Positions 45,301-56,654 of a stretch of 64,000 nt of DNA are shown here, piece by piece. The notes below the pieces were generated by a model, which saw only the letters and a program-made list of their open reading frames with translations, did no database searches and had not been told where the DNA came from. The stretch spans positions 124,001 to 188,000 of the forward strand of contig NW_005434669.1 in the NCBI RefSeq assembly GCF_000315625.1, read 5' to 3'. Position numbers and translations under genes: made by a program. The stretch's first letter is position 1; every line of letters starts with the position of its first letter. The DNA is from Guillardia theta CCMP2712. Lineage: Eukaryota; Protista; Cryptophyta.

Positions 45301-48300
45301 AGGCAGAACATGTTGGAGCCCATCGTGCTCGTCGGAGAGGGAGGGAGCGGCAAGACGACTCTCCTCTCCAAGTACCTGGAGCTGTCGAGAGGAAAGCTGC
45401 CTCAAGCCATGTGGTTTGCGCACTTCATAGGATGCAGCAGCGGCAGCAGCGACTACCAGCGACTCTGCGTCAACCTCCAACAAGCGCTGAAAGATCGCTT
45501 CTCGCTCCAGATTGAAGTGAACAAGAAGCTGCTGGGTACGATGCTCTTCTTTTGCTCCTACTTCTACTTCTACTTCTACTTCTACTTCTACTTCTTCTTC
45601 TATTTCTACGACTCACCACCACCACCACCTCTATCCTCTATCCTCTATCCTATATCCTCATACTTCCCCTCTGCCTTCCAGTCTCCTCCCTCCGTTCTCT
45701 CTCCCCTCTCTTGACACCCTTGCTGCTGCAGCGGAGAAGATGAGCAAGGAGCTATCGCAATGGCTCTCAGCAGCTGCTTCCAAGGGGATAGTCATCCTAT
45801 TCATCGACGCCCTCGACGCCATCGACGACACCTACGATGGTTCTCCTCCTCTCACCTGGCTCCCCAAGAAGTTCCCAGCTCGCACGAGAGTCATCTTGAC
45901 GTGCCGGGAAGGAGCTGCGGCCGAGGAGATCCGAGCGAGGGGCTGGAAAGTCCACCAGATGCCCAGCTGGACCAAGGAAGCAGCTCTCCTCCTAGCCGAG
46001 CAGCACCTCCAGCAGAGGAGTCAGTGGACGGACGTCGCTGACATCTCACTTGGCCCGCAACGCCTGGACAGGATCGTAGCGCACCCTCCTTGCTCCAACC
46101 CTCTGCACCTGCGGTACATGGTCGATGAACTCTGCCGGGAGCACCAGGCCACCAAGATCAACCCCAAGGACCTTCAGGTGGGGTGCGAGCTGGAGTGGCA
46201 GCTCCTGTTCCGTGCCAACGACGTCTGGGCGCTGCTTGACTACGTGCTGCATCGGTGGGAGCGACAGTTTGACACGGCCCGGTGCCCTCAGCTGGTCCGG
46301 AGAGTCTGCAGCCTGTTGTGGGGCAGCTGCTGGGGGCTGTCAGAGTACGAGCTCTTGTGTATGATGCCGGATGTACCAAGAGTTGTTCTTATGACGTTCT
46401 TGGAGAGCACAAAGTTTACCTGGATCAGATACAGTGGATACATCCTTATAGGCCACAGCTCCATGAGAGATGCGATCCAAAGGAGGTTTGAAGATTATCC
46501 GCTTCCTTGCTCCTCCTCCTCTTTGAAACCTCCTCTTCTTCTCACTCCTTCCTCATCCCCCCTCCTTTCCTTCCCTCTCTTGCCGCCTCCCTCTTCCTTC
46601 CTCCTTCCTCCTTCCTCTTGCCTCTTGCCTACGTCTTCCTCCTCTTCCAACTCCACCTGATTCTCGTTGAAAAGATTCGTGCCTGGACCACAAGAGCAGC
46701 GGGAAGTACATCGGTGAGCGAGGGAGAGGAGGTTGTACCCTCTGCTCACTTTCCTTCAGGCGTCTAGGTGAAACTACCCTCGTCTTGCAGCTCCTCAAAC
46801 ACCTTCAAGGCGGTTTCTGGAGATCTCTACCGCCGTCGAGGAGGAAGCTTGAGGAGGAGATCTATCACTGGAGGAGATCGGAGCAGGTCTTGCAAGGATG
46901 TTGACGTCCTTACTCACTTGACTTTCTGCCAGTGGGCAAATCTTATGGGCGTCTGCTCCGACATGTCGAAATTTCCGCTGGTAAGGCAGCAGAGGAGAAA
47001 CAGAGTGAGGGGGAGGGGGTTGAACCAACGTATGCAGTTGTTTGAAGAGGACGACGCCGGGACCCTGTGACGCTGCTACGTCTGTCCTCTCCTCCGAGCT
47101 GAAGCTCCTGCTCGTACAGGCACTGCGACCTCCGAAGATGCGTCAGGGAGGCCGACAAGCACATCGATGCATACAAGGCAGGGGAGGGCGCGAGAGAGCG
47201 CAAAGTGACCAGCAGGACAGGGGCTGCTGGATGGGTTGAAGCGGTATGAGCGCCGCAAGGAGAGCGAGGGGAACGTAAGAGGAGCGGTATCTGCAGCTGG
47301 GATCTGACTGAGGAGCAGCTGGAGAGGATAGGAGTGCTGCTGGCGAAGTTCTTGGGGGAGATGGGAAGGAACAAGGAGGCGACAGAAATGTACGAGACGA
47401 TTCTGAACCAGCCGGCACAAGGCCTACAAGGCTCCACAGAGACGCAACATCAAGTGGCTGAGCTCAGGTACGTCGACCGCTCTCCCATCAGCCTGGTGAG
47501 ATCGACAAAGGATTCTCTATGGAGAGATCTTGCTGCGCACCTGGAAGGATGCCACGGCAGGGACGGCAGAGAGGTCGTTCGTGCTGGTCAACAAGGCGCA
47601 GGTCTGTAGAGGCGGATCGGTGGGAGGCGCTGAGACCGGGAACAGGATCAGTTCAAGTATGCGTTCGAAGCTCTGAAAGAGTTGTTGGTGCATGGTAGGC
47701 CGGCAAAACTCCCTCCCTCTCTCCCTCCCTCCCTCCCTCCCTCCCTCCCTCCCTCCCTCCCTCCCCTCCCCTCCCTCCCTCCTTTACGTTCGGTGCAGAT
47801 GAGCGAGAGGTGGAAGGGATCACGAAAGATCAAACAATCTCGCAAGAAGAGAAGGACGTCGCACTATCGCAAGCTGAGCTGACGCTGACAAAAGCTAGAA
47901 CTTCATTCACAGCTGTCCTGTGTAAACTCGGTCATTCAATCGGTCATGGATGATTCTGAAAAGCCCTGATAGCACAGCAGGAAGATTGGAATACTTGGCG
48001 GGAGACTTTGAGTCAAGTCAGTTGCACTTCGAGCAGGTGGCGTGTCTTGTTGTGACTTCATCCCCTCGCTCCCTTCCTTCACTTCCTTCCTTCACTTCCT
48101 TCGCCTCTTACTCAACTGAATGCCAGGCAGCCTCCTTTGCGGATCAACACCTCAACCCGACTCATCCGCTCATAGCTGAGGCTCTGCTGGGCTTGGGTAG
48201 TCAGACTTGGAGTCATCCTGCACTGAAGGCGTCGCAGGCGACTTGCTGTTTCAGAGGGGGAGGTACGAGGACGCAGAGAGAGCGACGAGAAGGTCCATGT

Positions 48301-48922
48301 CAATCCGTCAGGTGAAGTCACAACCGCGCTTGACAAGCATGACACGCTCGCAGATCAACCTCGGAGGAGGTCATCCGCTCTTTGCCGAATCGATCGACAG
48401 CCTAGCAAAGATCATGGAGGCGACAGGTGCTGCCCGGTTGCTCCTGCAGGCGCTCAAGCCATTGCTGCAGGCAGGAAGTTTGAGTTCGATCAGCTGACAG
48501 CAAGAAGCGCCAAGATCATGTCCGAGCACGGTGACTCGATGCCATGTCGTGTGACAGTCTGACGCACGTGCTGCAGCCGTGGAAACCGCGTCCTTGACCC
48601 GCCAGGTGATGTGAGAATTCTGCTCGGAGTGTTGCTGAACCTTGAGCAGAGCACAAGAGTTGTGCAGGAGGATCTGGAGGGATCGTCGATGTTTGGCTCA
48701 ATCCGCAAAGATGTTTACTAGCATTGTTGATCTATATACATGTTTCTCGTGTTCTTCTTCTCTTCTCGCTCAGAAAAGAACCTTGGTGATGTCACTCTTC
48801 AGTCCATGCTGGGCCACTCCTGCAAAGACGATCAAAGCATGAAACCAGGGGTATCTCCTCGCACCGAACATCTCCAACGTGTTCCTGGAGCCATAGATGC
48901 TGCTCGTAGTTCGAAACATTGA
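42366..48922 (+). CDS. NPHP3/TEP1-like STAND-type protein: coiled coil, 2 IQ motifs, DUF4062-like, P-loop NTPase, TPR repeats; multi-exon, start uncertain
   Basis: IQRVYRGMQGR and LQRVWRGHVAR. IFTTYQDFREERMLL..FPSL..C..GV.F..VD and GGRYGWVP. Walker A GEGGSGKT, AHFIG, Walker B ILFIDALD, LTWLP, NPLHLR. TPR pieces HPLIAEALLGL and GGHPLFAESIDSLA. Confidence 0.85.
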
Positions 48923-48944
48923 AGTTTTGTTCTGCGATGTCAGC

Positions 48945-49320
48945 GCTGGCACCTTCTGGTCGACCGAGTGTTCTCGATCATCGTCCGGCACTGCAATTCT
49001 CTTCTCCTTCACAGACGCAACTCCGTGATCGAAATACTTGACCAGGCGCGTCTCGAAGCCTCTCGGCTGCTCTACAAGTGTAAGAGAAATGGCGCAGACT
49101 CCTTGCAGTGACCTTGCAGTCCTCGGGGCGAGCTTTCAGGTAGCCCCAATTCTCTTCGAAGGCTGATGCTACCTGTTGCTCCTTCACAACAGCCGCCTGC
49201 AGTTGCATGTGTCAGTGATAGCTGCGAATGGAGAGGAAGACTAAAGCATAAATACAATGAGCTCCTTTCTCTCAACTTCCATTCATCTCGATTTCTGATG
49301 TTTCTGTCTTGTTGTATCAC
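48945..49320 (-). CDS. Small protein, possibly CIMIP1/C20orf85-like ciliary microtubule inner protein
   Basis: Pieces RNRDEWK / AAVVKEQQVASAFEENWGYLK resemble the QDEIWK..E...W.ENWGFL motif. Confidence 0.4.
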
Positions 49321-49918
49321 ATTGGTCTATTTCTATTGTGTTGCTGTGACTGCTTATTTCTGCAGTCTGATGTAAACTGGTGGATGAATGGACATGCTTT
49401 CAAGAAATTCATCTGCTTCTCCCTCATTTCTCAGATCATGCTGTATGTTTTTCCTCTCAATGTTTTCCGCCCGACATATCCAGATCGATCGGGCAATTTT
49501 CACCAATACCTTCCTGCCTGCATACATTCGCTAGCGCTGAATTCTCATCACGTCATAACTGTCGATCTTCCTCCTCCCCTTCCCTCCTCTCCTCCCCTCC
49601 TCTCCTCCTCTCCTCTCTTCTCTTCTCCTCTCTTCCTCTCCTCTCTTCCTCTCCTCATGACTTGTCCTCACCTTCCAGTTCTCCATCTCCGCCACCGCGC
49701 TTCTCTCCTTAGGCATTTCCGTTGCTACCGGCTGGAGACCACCCCTCCCGACCTCGTTTTAGTACTACAGGAATTAGGGGGTCCTGAATGGGGGGTCAAA
49801 AACTTTCGGGTAGGGAAAAAATGGCAGTGCGGAGCGGAGGAGGAGGCGGGAGAGAAGGAGGTGCCGAAGAGGTCATAAATGTAGCAAAGAACAACAAGAC
49901 GAGGACAAGAAGAATCTC

Positions 49919-50980
49919 ATGGAAGAGTTATGTGATTATGATGTTTTTATTCTTCGCCGGAGGTATGTAAAACTGCAAACCTGCTGATTCGTTGATTCGT
50001 TTTTTTGAATTTCTGCTTTTCCAGGATTTGTATATACGTTGGTTAGAAGGTCAATCTCTCCAGAATCGTTTCGGACATTCTTATCTACAATACTAGAACT
50101 CTCTCCCTTGCTCTCACAGCGCCCACCACAAACAGAGTTGTCAACATCAATTGAATTCAAATTGGGGGATGAAATCCTGGATTTCAACATGCCAAGATGT
50201 GCAAATGGAACGAGCAATTCTACATCAACCATATCGAATACTGACAATCTGTCGGAAGAATTCACGGTGGACGATGAATCCTGTATGTTTGTTGCTAACT
50301 CCTCAAACATCTTTTTGGTGGTGAACGAACCCGTAAATCAACAGATCTTTAATTGTTCCTCCACCGATGAGGTGCGGATTTTTCCAGGCAAGACTCTGCC
50401 ACAAGGGATTCTTATCAGTGAAGATGGAAAGTTGGTGGGTTCAACAGAAAACCCCATGGATCCTGCAGTCTTCAAACTCTGCTGGGCAGACTCTACCCGC
50501 GAAGTGTGTATTGATTCAACGCTGCAAGTCCTTTCTTCCTTGCGGCAGGTGGAGTATCCAAGAGATGTCTTGAAGCTCGACAAGGTTGTTCATGTTTCAG
50601 TGCAGTTATCTGCACCTTCTCACTGCCATCCGCTGACTCTTGGATCTGTTCCTTCAGCATGTTTCAACTCGCCTGTGTCCAAGATTGCATGACAACATGG
50701 GCCCGTTGAGCTTCAAAGTGTACCCTCCCCTTCCATCAAACCTGTCTTTGAACGAAGCGGATGGTTGCTTGACTGGCAGTCCGAGTAATCAAAAAATGCC
50801 TGGGAACGATTGCAAAGGTCTGAACGTTCTTTCCAGGCTCAAGAAGCGACATGCAGCTGTACACTGTTACCGTAAAGAACATGCTTGGGCATACCAAGGA
50901 TATTTCGCTGCGCATTCAAGTTCACCACAGCGTGAGGAGCTCTCTTCGGGTAAGCCTTGATCGACCAGGAATGATAGGAT
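49919..50980 (+). CDS. Putative Ig-like (He_PIG-type) domain protein, multi-exon
   Basis: Two LP.G/NL.l....G.l.G.P motifs: TLPQGILISEDGKLVGST and SFKVYPPLPSNLSLNEADGCLTGSP. Confidence 0.6.
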
Positions 50981-51584
50981 GCTGAAGCTTCCCTGTCATA
51001 CAGAACACGATTGGAGGACTTAGCTCTATCTTGTTGATGGTTTAATTGACGAGGCGATTGAAAGTACCCACTGCACTGTCATGCCATGTGACTAAGCCAG
51101 CCAGTACCTCTAGCGATGTCCTGAACCGGCCGATGAGCGGCCTGCCAGCGATTCAATGCCACTCCGATCATCGGATATCCGATGATCGCCGTGACGACCA
51201 TAGTAGTACCTCGGACTGGACTCGCCGGTCGCCGCCGCCGCTTCCGAGACCGCCTCACTGTCCGATCGCGGCCCAGAGTCTGATCGAGTCGGCCCGGATC
51301 AGCCCATGACTCGGAGACACCTGGCCACAGTGGTCACACGGTCCGATGGCGCAAGCCGTCTCTCAGGCTCGGACTCCGAGGGCCCGGACCGTACTCAGAG
51401 CTTCCTGGCCAGCTGTTCCTGGCACCGTGGCAGGATAATCACTGAAGCAGGCTCCCGGCAGTGCTAGTGATCCTCGGGACATCGCTGGCATGGCCGTGCG
51501 GGGGACTTGTCCTTGGCGCCGTTAAGTGAAGGTATCAGTTAAGTTTGGGGGACAGCAGTCGGCAGGATTGGGTTTGGTTCTTGC

Positions 51585-51733
51585 TGTCTTTTCTCTTCTC
51601 GCCGTTTGGCCTGTGCGACAGTGTCAGGGTCAAGCCCGGCCTCCTCGACTCTCCTGATTGTCCTCGTACTGATTTTTAACTTAACTTTGAGTAAAAGATC
51701 CTCGTACTGATTTTTAACTTCACTTGGAGTAAA
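51585..51733 (+). repeat. Dispersed repeat family: long copy (51585-51695) plus tandem re-duplication of its end (51699-51733)
   Basis: Aligns with the reverse complement of 42146-42263. Confidence 0.9.
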
Positions 51734-52445
51734 GAGGAGCCGCCGGGGTACAGCACCGTCGGTAGTATCCGGTGATTTGATAAAACTTTTTATACCAGCC
51801 TGGAAGATTCATACACTTATGAATCATGGTACACCTCAATAATAAAAAACAAGCTTAGAAACTGTACCTAAGAATTTCGTTTACAAATAAATCTATACAA
51901 AAGTTAATATTTAACGTACAATTATAATATTATTTTGTTGAAAAATACGGTACAACAGGGCAGAAACAGACTTGTTCACCATTTTAAAACAAGGACCCCT
52001 CATCCCCACTCGTGCTTGCCCTCAAAATAGCAAGAGGGAGACTGGGAAGGGTTTCATTGGTAGGGGTGGGGGGTGTTTCTGCAGTCGAAATGTGAGGGTA
52101 GTTCTGTTCTATCACCCCTTTAATTCACCATTCTCCCAGGGGATAAGCGGGTGGTATTTTGAGAAATGTAAGGTTGGGGGTCTATTGTATGGGGTAGGGG
52201 TAATAGTTTTCCAGAAATAGAACAGAAGCTTATAAGAAGAAGGCGGCGCGAAAGCAGCCAGCAAGTGCAAGTAAGATAACGCATGCGGAACATGACAATG
52301 TGCATGCAGTATGAATGTGTTATGTCCTCCCAGACCTGCTCTCTGTTGATGATTCAGACACTTGCATGACTTGCTACACTCTAAATCGCTATCTTATTTG
52401 TTGGGACTTATATCCGGCATGAACCTGTTCTAATCACTCATTACA

Positions 52446-52735
52446 GTGTTCTCCATCCTCGAGTCCGTAGCTTTCGACACCGGCTATGCTGGTTCCAGCG
52501 GCATCCAGCCCCAGTCCTGGGTTAACGGCAATGGCACCTCCTACATCTACTTCGGCTCTGGCGAGTTCGATGGACAGGGATCTGGCCACGACTTCTACGG
52601 AACTGTGAGTTCTGACTTGTGCGTTTAAGATTGTTTCTGACAAGAATGCAGCTCTACATGCCCTCCACCGGCTACGTCAACAACTGCGATGGTGGACGCT
52701 CCCACACCTACTGCGATTACCGCCAGCAGTAAATC
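52446..52735 (+). CDS. Short Gly/Ser/aromatic-rich hypothetical protein
   Basis: Codon-biased stretch FSILESVAFDTGYAGSSGIQPQSWVNGNGTSYIYFGSGEFDGQGSGHDFYGT bounded by ag/gtgag. Confidence 0.4.
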
Positions 52736-53489
52736 TGTTCCATACAATAAACGAAATTTATTCTTCCCATCTTGTTGGTTTGTTACTTGGCGCCCCACAT
52801 TGCTTCCAAGCATGAGCATGTCGATTGGTCTTTGGCACACCTGCGATCTACCACTCTGGCATTTTCAGTGTTGAAAAGGTTTGGCGTAGTCAAGTGTGAA
52901 TAGACCAGACTATAATCGCAGATGACTCTCGTTCAAAGTCAAGCATGCGACGTGATAAGAAAATGGCAGCTCATGGCCATCATAACGATTCAGGCTCGAA
53001 TCATCCTCAAGGGCTCAAGTTCAACAGACTTGCGAGAATCAGCATTTCAATACGACTACTTTGACTTGAATGAGGTTAATTTCAAGGAAAGAGCTCAGTC
53101 CTCTTGACGAATGTGAAAGCATTGTATGTACATGTCGGATTGTCATTAATACACATGTGATCTAAATGGCAACTTGGCAGTGTCTCAGATCGAAACCATT
53201 GGCTGAGGGCTGCGATGGTAACATTTCAACAACCCAGTCGAGAAACCAAGTGTGCACATACCTCTGTGTAGGTCTCGTGGCGGGGATGAGATGATGGCCT
53301 TCCTCTCGGTCAAGAGGTTCGTAGGGTCGACCATTGCGCGAAGAGTAACTGTGAGAACTCAAGTCCGAATCCCACGGAAAATGTCGATGCATGTCGGCAG
53401 CATAATCTGGTAACCGAGCAGTGATCTGAACGGGGAATCAGTCAGACATGCTGTGTGCAACGGAAAGAACATGAGAAAAAGATTGTTGC

Positions 53490-55091
53490 TCATACCTGTT
53501 GGGTGAAATCCTCTGGGAATAATCTGGGACCTCCGTGAGGTCGAATACCAAGTCTTGCTAGGTATTTGTTGCGGTGATGTACATGGTGGGTATACACGGC
53601 AGGTGTTGAGTAGCCAGTCACATGTGCCTCTCGTGCTTCTTCACGAGCTTTCTTTAGCTCGCGATCCTGTAGTGCAGCAGCCGAAGCATTCAACCAGCCT
53701 CCTTCCTTGATATCAGCCAACAGAAGCAATATTGTCAGTCCTGCTGAAGCTGTTGCAACCTTGCCGAACATCAACATGACGTCTCTGTACATTTCCGCGA
53801 ATTCTGCAGGAGTTGTGTTCGGGCGGTTAGCATCTGGAAGCAACGGTGCAATGATCAGAGGAAAAACTGCAAGACCAAGATTCTGAAAAGCAGTCATCAG
53901 GCCATAGGCCATCCCCATTTTGTTCATGTCCACAACAATAGCTATGCAAGGCCACAAAGCCGAAGCACAAATCGAGTAACACAAACCCATACCGACCACT
54001 CCAATGATAGGAGAGAAATTGTCCATAAACGAGAAGCAAAGGAAAATGGTTGCCACACTCGAAGTTGATATCAGAATCCAAATGATTGCACGACCTGTCT
54101 TGTCCACTAGATATCCAAACAAGGGACAAGCTAGGGCTGATACAGTATACGGCATGCTCATCACAAATGCAGCTTGCTTCTCTGTCGTTGAATACCTTTG
54201 CTGCAGAAATTGAACGCCATTTTGTAAGAAAACAAATACGGAGGCGTAAAAGGTGATCGTCACGCCAAAAACAATCCAAACTGAGAGCGGAAACGACGAA
54301 ATATCAGATAGGTGCACTTCGTCTGCTTCAACGAATATATCATCTTCGCAGCTCTGAACAGACATAGCACGATCTTCGCTCGCTTTCGATTTCTCGGCAT
54401 GGTGGTCCATCCAGTTCAAAAGCATGCAACAAATATGAGAAACAACGCAGGTGAAGAGGCCCGCATACATTGCCCATGTAAACCCACCAATATCAGAGTT
54501 GGTGAACATGTCCATGACTGCAGGGGATATGTCAAAATTCACTGCACTACCTAGACGTGAGAACGACAACACAATTCCGAACGCTGTAGCCAATTCTGTG
54601 CCTTTGAACCACTTCGCCGTATATGCACTTTGCGCTACTGTCAAGGTCTCCCCCCCCAGCCCGAAGACGAATCTTCCTATCAAGACGATGCCGAGGCTGT
54701 GAATCTGAGTGCCATAAGACACCATCCCTTGCCCTACAACAAGGATGAAACAACAAATGAAACAGCCCCATCGGACACCTAGGTACTTGTCAATGATATA
54801 GCCCCCAAGGAACACTTGTACGGTATTGGGCCAACTATAAAGAGAGTAGAGCAAATTATATTGAAGCTGAGTCAACCCTTGAAAGTGATCAAAGAATTTT
54901 CCTTTTAGAGCACCTGGGATATCGTAACAATAGTATGATCCAAAAGTAAGAAAACAAATGAGCAATAAAACAACCGATCGATAAGGCAATCGTGAGTGAT
55001 GCCAGAATCCCTTTTTAGTTTCATGGAATGCCGAGTACGGTTGATCGATCATCATGCTTTTCTTCAAAACGTTCCAGCAAGAAGAGATCAA
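53490..55091 (-). CDS. MFS transporter, MFSD1-like, intronless, 533 aa
   Basis: CFLTFGSYYCYDIPGAL, YNLLYSLYSWPN, GGYIIDK, GRFVFGLGGETL.VAQ...AKWFKG.EL, ~12 TM segments. Confidence 0.93.
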   Translation of the reverse strand: MISSCWNVLKKSMMIDQPYSAFHETKKGFWHHSRLPYRSVVLLLICFLTFGSYYCYDIPGALKGKFFDHFQGLTQLQYNLLYSLYSWPNTVQVFLGGYIIDKYLGVRWGCFICCFILVVGQGMVSYGTQIHSLGIVLIGRFVFGLGGETLTVAQSAYTAKWFKGTELATAFGIVLSFSRLGSAVNFDISPAVMDMFTNSDIGGFTWAMYAGLFTCVVSHICCMLLNWMDHHAEKSKASEDRAMSVQSCEDDIFVEADEVHLSDISSFPLSVWIVFGVTITFYASVFVFLQNGVQFLQQRYSTTEKQAAFVMSMPYTVSALACPLFGYLVDKTGRAIIWILISTSSVATIFLCFSFMDNFSPIIGVVGMGLCYSICASALWPCIAIVVDMNKMGMAYGLMTAFQNLGLAVFPLIIAPLLPDANRPNTTPAEFAEMYRDVMLMFGKVATASAGLTILLLLADIKEGGWLNASAAALQDRELKKAREEAREAHVTGYSTPAVYTHHVHHRNKYLARLGIRPHGGPRLFPEDFTQQV

Positions 55092-56068
55092 CGAGCTTCA
55101 AACTTTGTTCCGAAAACCTTTCCGAATTATTTGGTTGCGTCCATTTCCAGATTACTCAGCAGCATACATCCGAGGAGCAGGAGGGAGACAGTGAGCTCGC
55201 AGGAAGGACAGGAGATGAACAGCAGGATCTAACCCGTATAAGTTTGCTGGGATCCAATCACATCCTTCTCGGCATCAGGTTCAACGCGCTTCTCTCCATC
55301 TAGCATGACCACAGGAAATCCCATACATCCCTAGGAAACCCCACCCCACCCGAAAACCTCTTCGACACCCTCTACCCATGGAAAAAATATTTCACCCGTA
55401 CTAAACCACATGTACCCGTCCTTTTGACTCATCACCCCCTCGAAACTTGATCAGTACCCCTACTAATTTCCTTTATCAACCTGAAGATGTCTCAAAGTAC
55501 CCACACATTCACACAAGTACCCATGAAAATACCAGTACCCTACCCACCTTTCTAAATGACCATCCCTCAGAACCTACTAAAACACTTAAAACATTTGTTA
55601 TGTTAGAACTGTACTGATAAAATAAAGTAATGAATAAAATTGTAGTACTAAGATTTCTAAAATCTTGTTGCATCAAAGTTGCATTATTTATCAACACAAA
55701 TTTTAGTCAAATATCTTCAAACGAATAAGTACACACACTACACATTTTGTACGTGAATCAGAACTGCTGGAAGCAAATTATCCTTTTAGTGCATCTCAAG
55801 GGTACAAATAAAATAATTTATAAAATAATTTATAACCACTTTTTGGTTGTCCCACGACTTCATTGAAGCTGAGGCGGGTCGGGGGATCCGTGCAAGTAAA
55901 GCGAACAATGCAGGACAGAGGCAAAGGCGGAGAGGAGGGAGGAGGGAGGAGAGAGGAGGGAGGAGGGAGGAGGGAGGAGGGAGGAGGGAGGAGAGGAGGA
56001 GGAGATGACGTTGGATCTTGATGGACTCTGTTATGATCTTAGCGAGAATGACCCACGTTGGAGGTATC

Positions 56069-56168
56069 NNNNNNNNNNNNNNNNNNNNNNNNNNNNNNNN
56101 NNNNNNNNNNNNNNNNNNNNNNNNNNNNNNNNNNNNNNNNNNNNNNNNNNNNNNNNNNNNNNNNNNNN
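56069..56168. other. Assembly gap (100 N) next to G-rich simple repeats
   Basis: N run, followed by (GAGGGAGC)n and (GGGAGGCA)n. Confidence 0.99.
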
Positions 56169-56654
56169 GGGAGGGAGGGTGGGTGGGTGGGTGGAAGGGA
56201 GGGAGCGAGGGAGCGAGGGAGCGAGGGAGCGAGGGAGCGAGGGAGCGAGGGAGGGAGAGTGGGGGGATGAGGGAGGGAGGGTGGAAGGGAGGGAGGAGGC
56301 AGGGAGGCAGGGAGGCAGGGAGGCAGGGAGGCAGGGAGGCAGGGAGGCAGGGAGTGTGTGTACGTGTGCTTGTTTGCAAGGTTGATTCTGACGTATTGGC
56401 TTACTTGAAGTGCCAGCCGAAGCAGCAACGATCAATCTTACCAGAGTGCTGAGTGCGGCACTGGGAGTATTTCCATACGTGCTTTCTTCGGTTCCAGTTG
56501 GAAACGCATTGCAAGTCTCGCCAGGTGCTTGACAGTTTGATCGAGGTGATCACACTGACACCCAATAGTTTTGAATATCTTCCGTCGACCCTTTCACTTG
56601 TGCTCTTCGAATCTTCTTGTACCCCCTCATCGGCTTGACAGCGTTTTACCTCGG

